From: Gemmata obscuriglobus
Lineage (GTDB): Bacteria; Planctomycetota; Planctomycetia; Gemmatales; Gemmataceae
Reading direction: 5' to 3'
Assembly: GCF_008065095.1 (NCBI RefSeq)
Contig: NZ_CP042911.1
Coordinates: 870,001 to 902,000, forward strand
Length of the DNA: 32,000 nucleotides
Part shown: piece by piece, positions 31,360 through 32,000 of the stretch
Layout of the letters: the number at the start of each line of letters is the position of its first letter
Position numbering within the stretch: the first letter of the stretch is position 1
Translations under genes and position numbers: made by a program
Notes under the pieces: generated by a model
Databases searched by the model: none
What the model saw: the letters and a program-made list of their open reading frames with translations, nothing else
What the model was told of the DNA's origin: nothing

Positions 31360-31941
31360 TCAGCCCTCGCTGCCCATGATCGCGGTGGTCTTCACCGAGA
31401 TGGTGGACGGCATGAGCAGCAGCGTCGGGAGGATCGGGCGGTAGGTGCCGTCGATGGTGACCGCGATCTTCTCCGTGAACCCGGCGGAGTTCCACGGCAC
31501 CGCGTTCGCGTCCGCGTCGTTGAACGGGTCCGGGTACACGCCGGCGGTCTTGGTCTTCGGCCGGACCACCGGCGGGCTGAGGGCCAGCCCGGTCTGGTCC
31601 ACCGAGTACACCGCGATGCGGAAGCTCTCGATGTTCCGAACGTGGATCCCGCCCATGCGGTCCTGGGTGTACGACTCGATGTTCTGGACCGTCTGGGTGG
31701 CGCCGGTCGCGTCGGTGTACGTGTAGTCGGTGACGTTGAAGGTGCTCGGCTTGTCCACGTTGACGACCGCGTACCGCGCGCCCTCGCGGGCCGCGTTGTT
31801 GGTCACGTGCAGCACCATCAGGAACCGGCAGTACTCGAACATGCCGAACAGGAGCATCAGGAACACGCTCATCACGAGCGCCGCCTCGACCGCGGTGAGC
31901 CCGCGGCGGTGGTGGCGGCGGCGGAGTCGGGTTGCGAGCAT
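31360..31941 (-). CDS. TadE/TadG-family pilus assembly (pseudopilin-like) protein
   Basis: N-terminal TadE-like domain RRGLTAVEAALVMSVFLMLLFGMFEYCRFLMVLHV. The ATG is at 31941. Confidence 0.8.
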   Translation of the reverse strand: MLATRLRRRHHRRGLTAVEAALVMSVFLMLLFGMFEYCRFLMVLHVTNNAAREGARYAVVNVDKPSTFNVTDYTYTDATGATQTVQNIESYTQDRMGGIHVRNIESFRIAVYSVDQTGLALSPPVVRPKTKTAGVYPDPFNDADANAVPWNSAGFTEKIAVTIDGTYRPILPTLLLMPSTISVKTTAIMGSEG

Positions 31942-32000
31942 AGGTGTCCGCGCCGGGGGTTGGAGTCGGTAGAGGGGGAGCCGCGGCGCGTTCGCGGGCG

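Noticed and set aside
1-32000. tRNA, rRNA, riboswitch or tmRNA genes in the intergenic regions (13897-14098, 15809-16238, 17346-17634, 25410-25731, 28311-28684)
   Set aside because: A scan by eye found no T-loop (GGTTCGAAT-like) or cloverleaf patterns and no conserved riboswitch cores. This cannot be fully excluded without tRNAscan/Infernal.

Overview
High-GC (about 65-72% in most 60-nt lines counted by eye) bacterial chromosomal segment. The gene content looks like Planctomycetota, Gemmata-like; this is an inference from gene families, not a database hit. Coding is almost entirely on the minus strand. (1) Positions 1-15808 form one long minus-strand type IV pilus / type II secretion-like operon. 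In transcription order it encodes a PilB/GspE-type ATPase, PilT, a second PilB/GspE-type ATPase, an inserted four-helix-bundle (23S-rRNA-IVS-type) ORF flanked by heptamer-repeat inverted termini, a GspF/PilC platform protein, and five unusually large prepilin-type proteins. It ends with a >1070-aa GspK-like ORF that runs off the left edge and is therefore absent from the supplied ORF track. (2) Positions 16239-19858 hold a Gfo/Idh/MocA oxidoreductase, a short Uma2-like nuclease, a conserved hypothetical and a secreted TPR-like protein. (3) Positions 20203-24663 are a decayed, mosaic segment. It contains patatin-like N- and C-terminal fragments separated by an intact DUF4331-like gene, a GMC-oxidoreductase N-terminus broken in a homopolymer run, and a secreted-protein gene read in three frames. 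(4) Positions 24975-29368 hold a small LEALExR-motif protein, an ECF sigma factor tightly coupled to a membrane Ser/Thr kinase with TPR-like repeats, and a diverged paralog of the 18099 hypothetical. (5) Positions 29408-31941 hold a THUMP methyltransferase, a zinc-ribbon membrane protein and a TadE-like protein. I found no rRNA, tRNA, CRISPR array, transposase or integrase. The many long plus-strand ORFs in the track are high-GC shadow frames. All family assignments come from motif recognition by eye and need HMM or BLAST confirmation.
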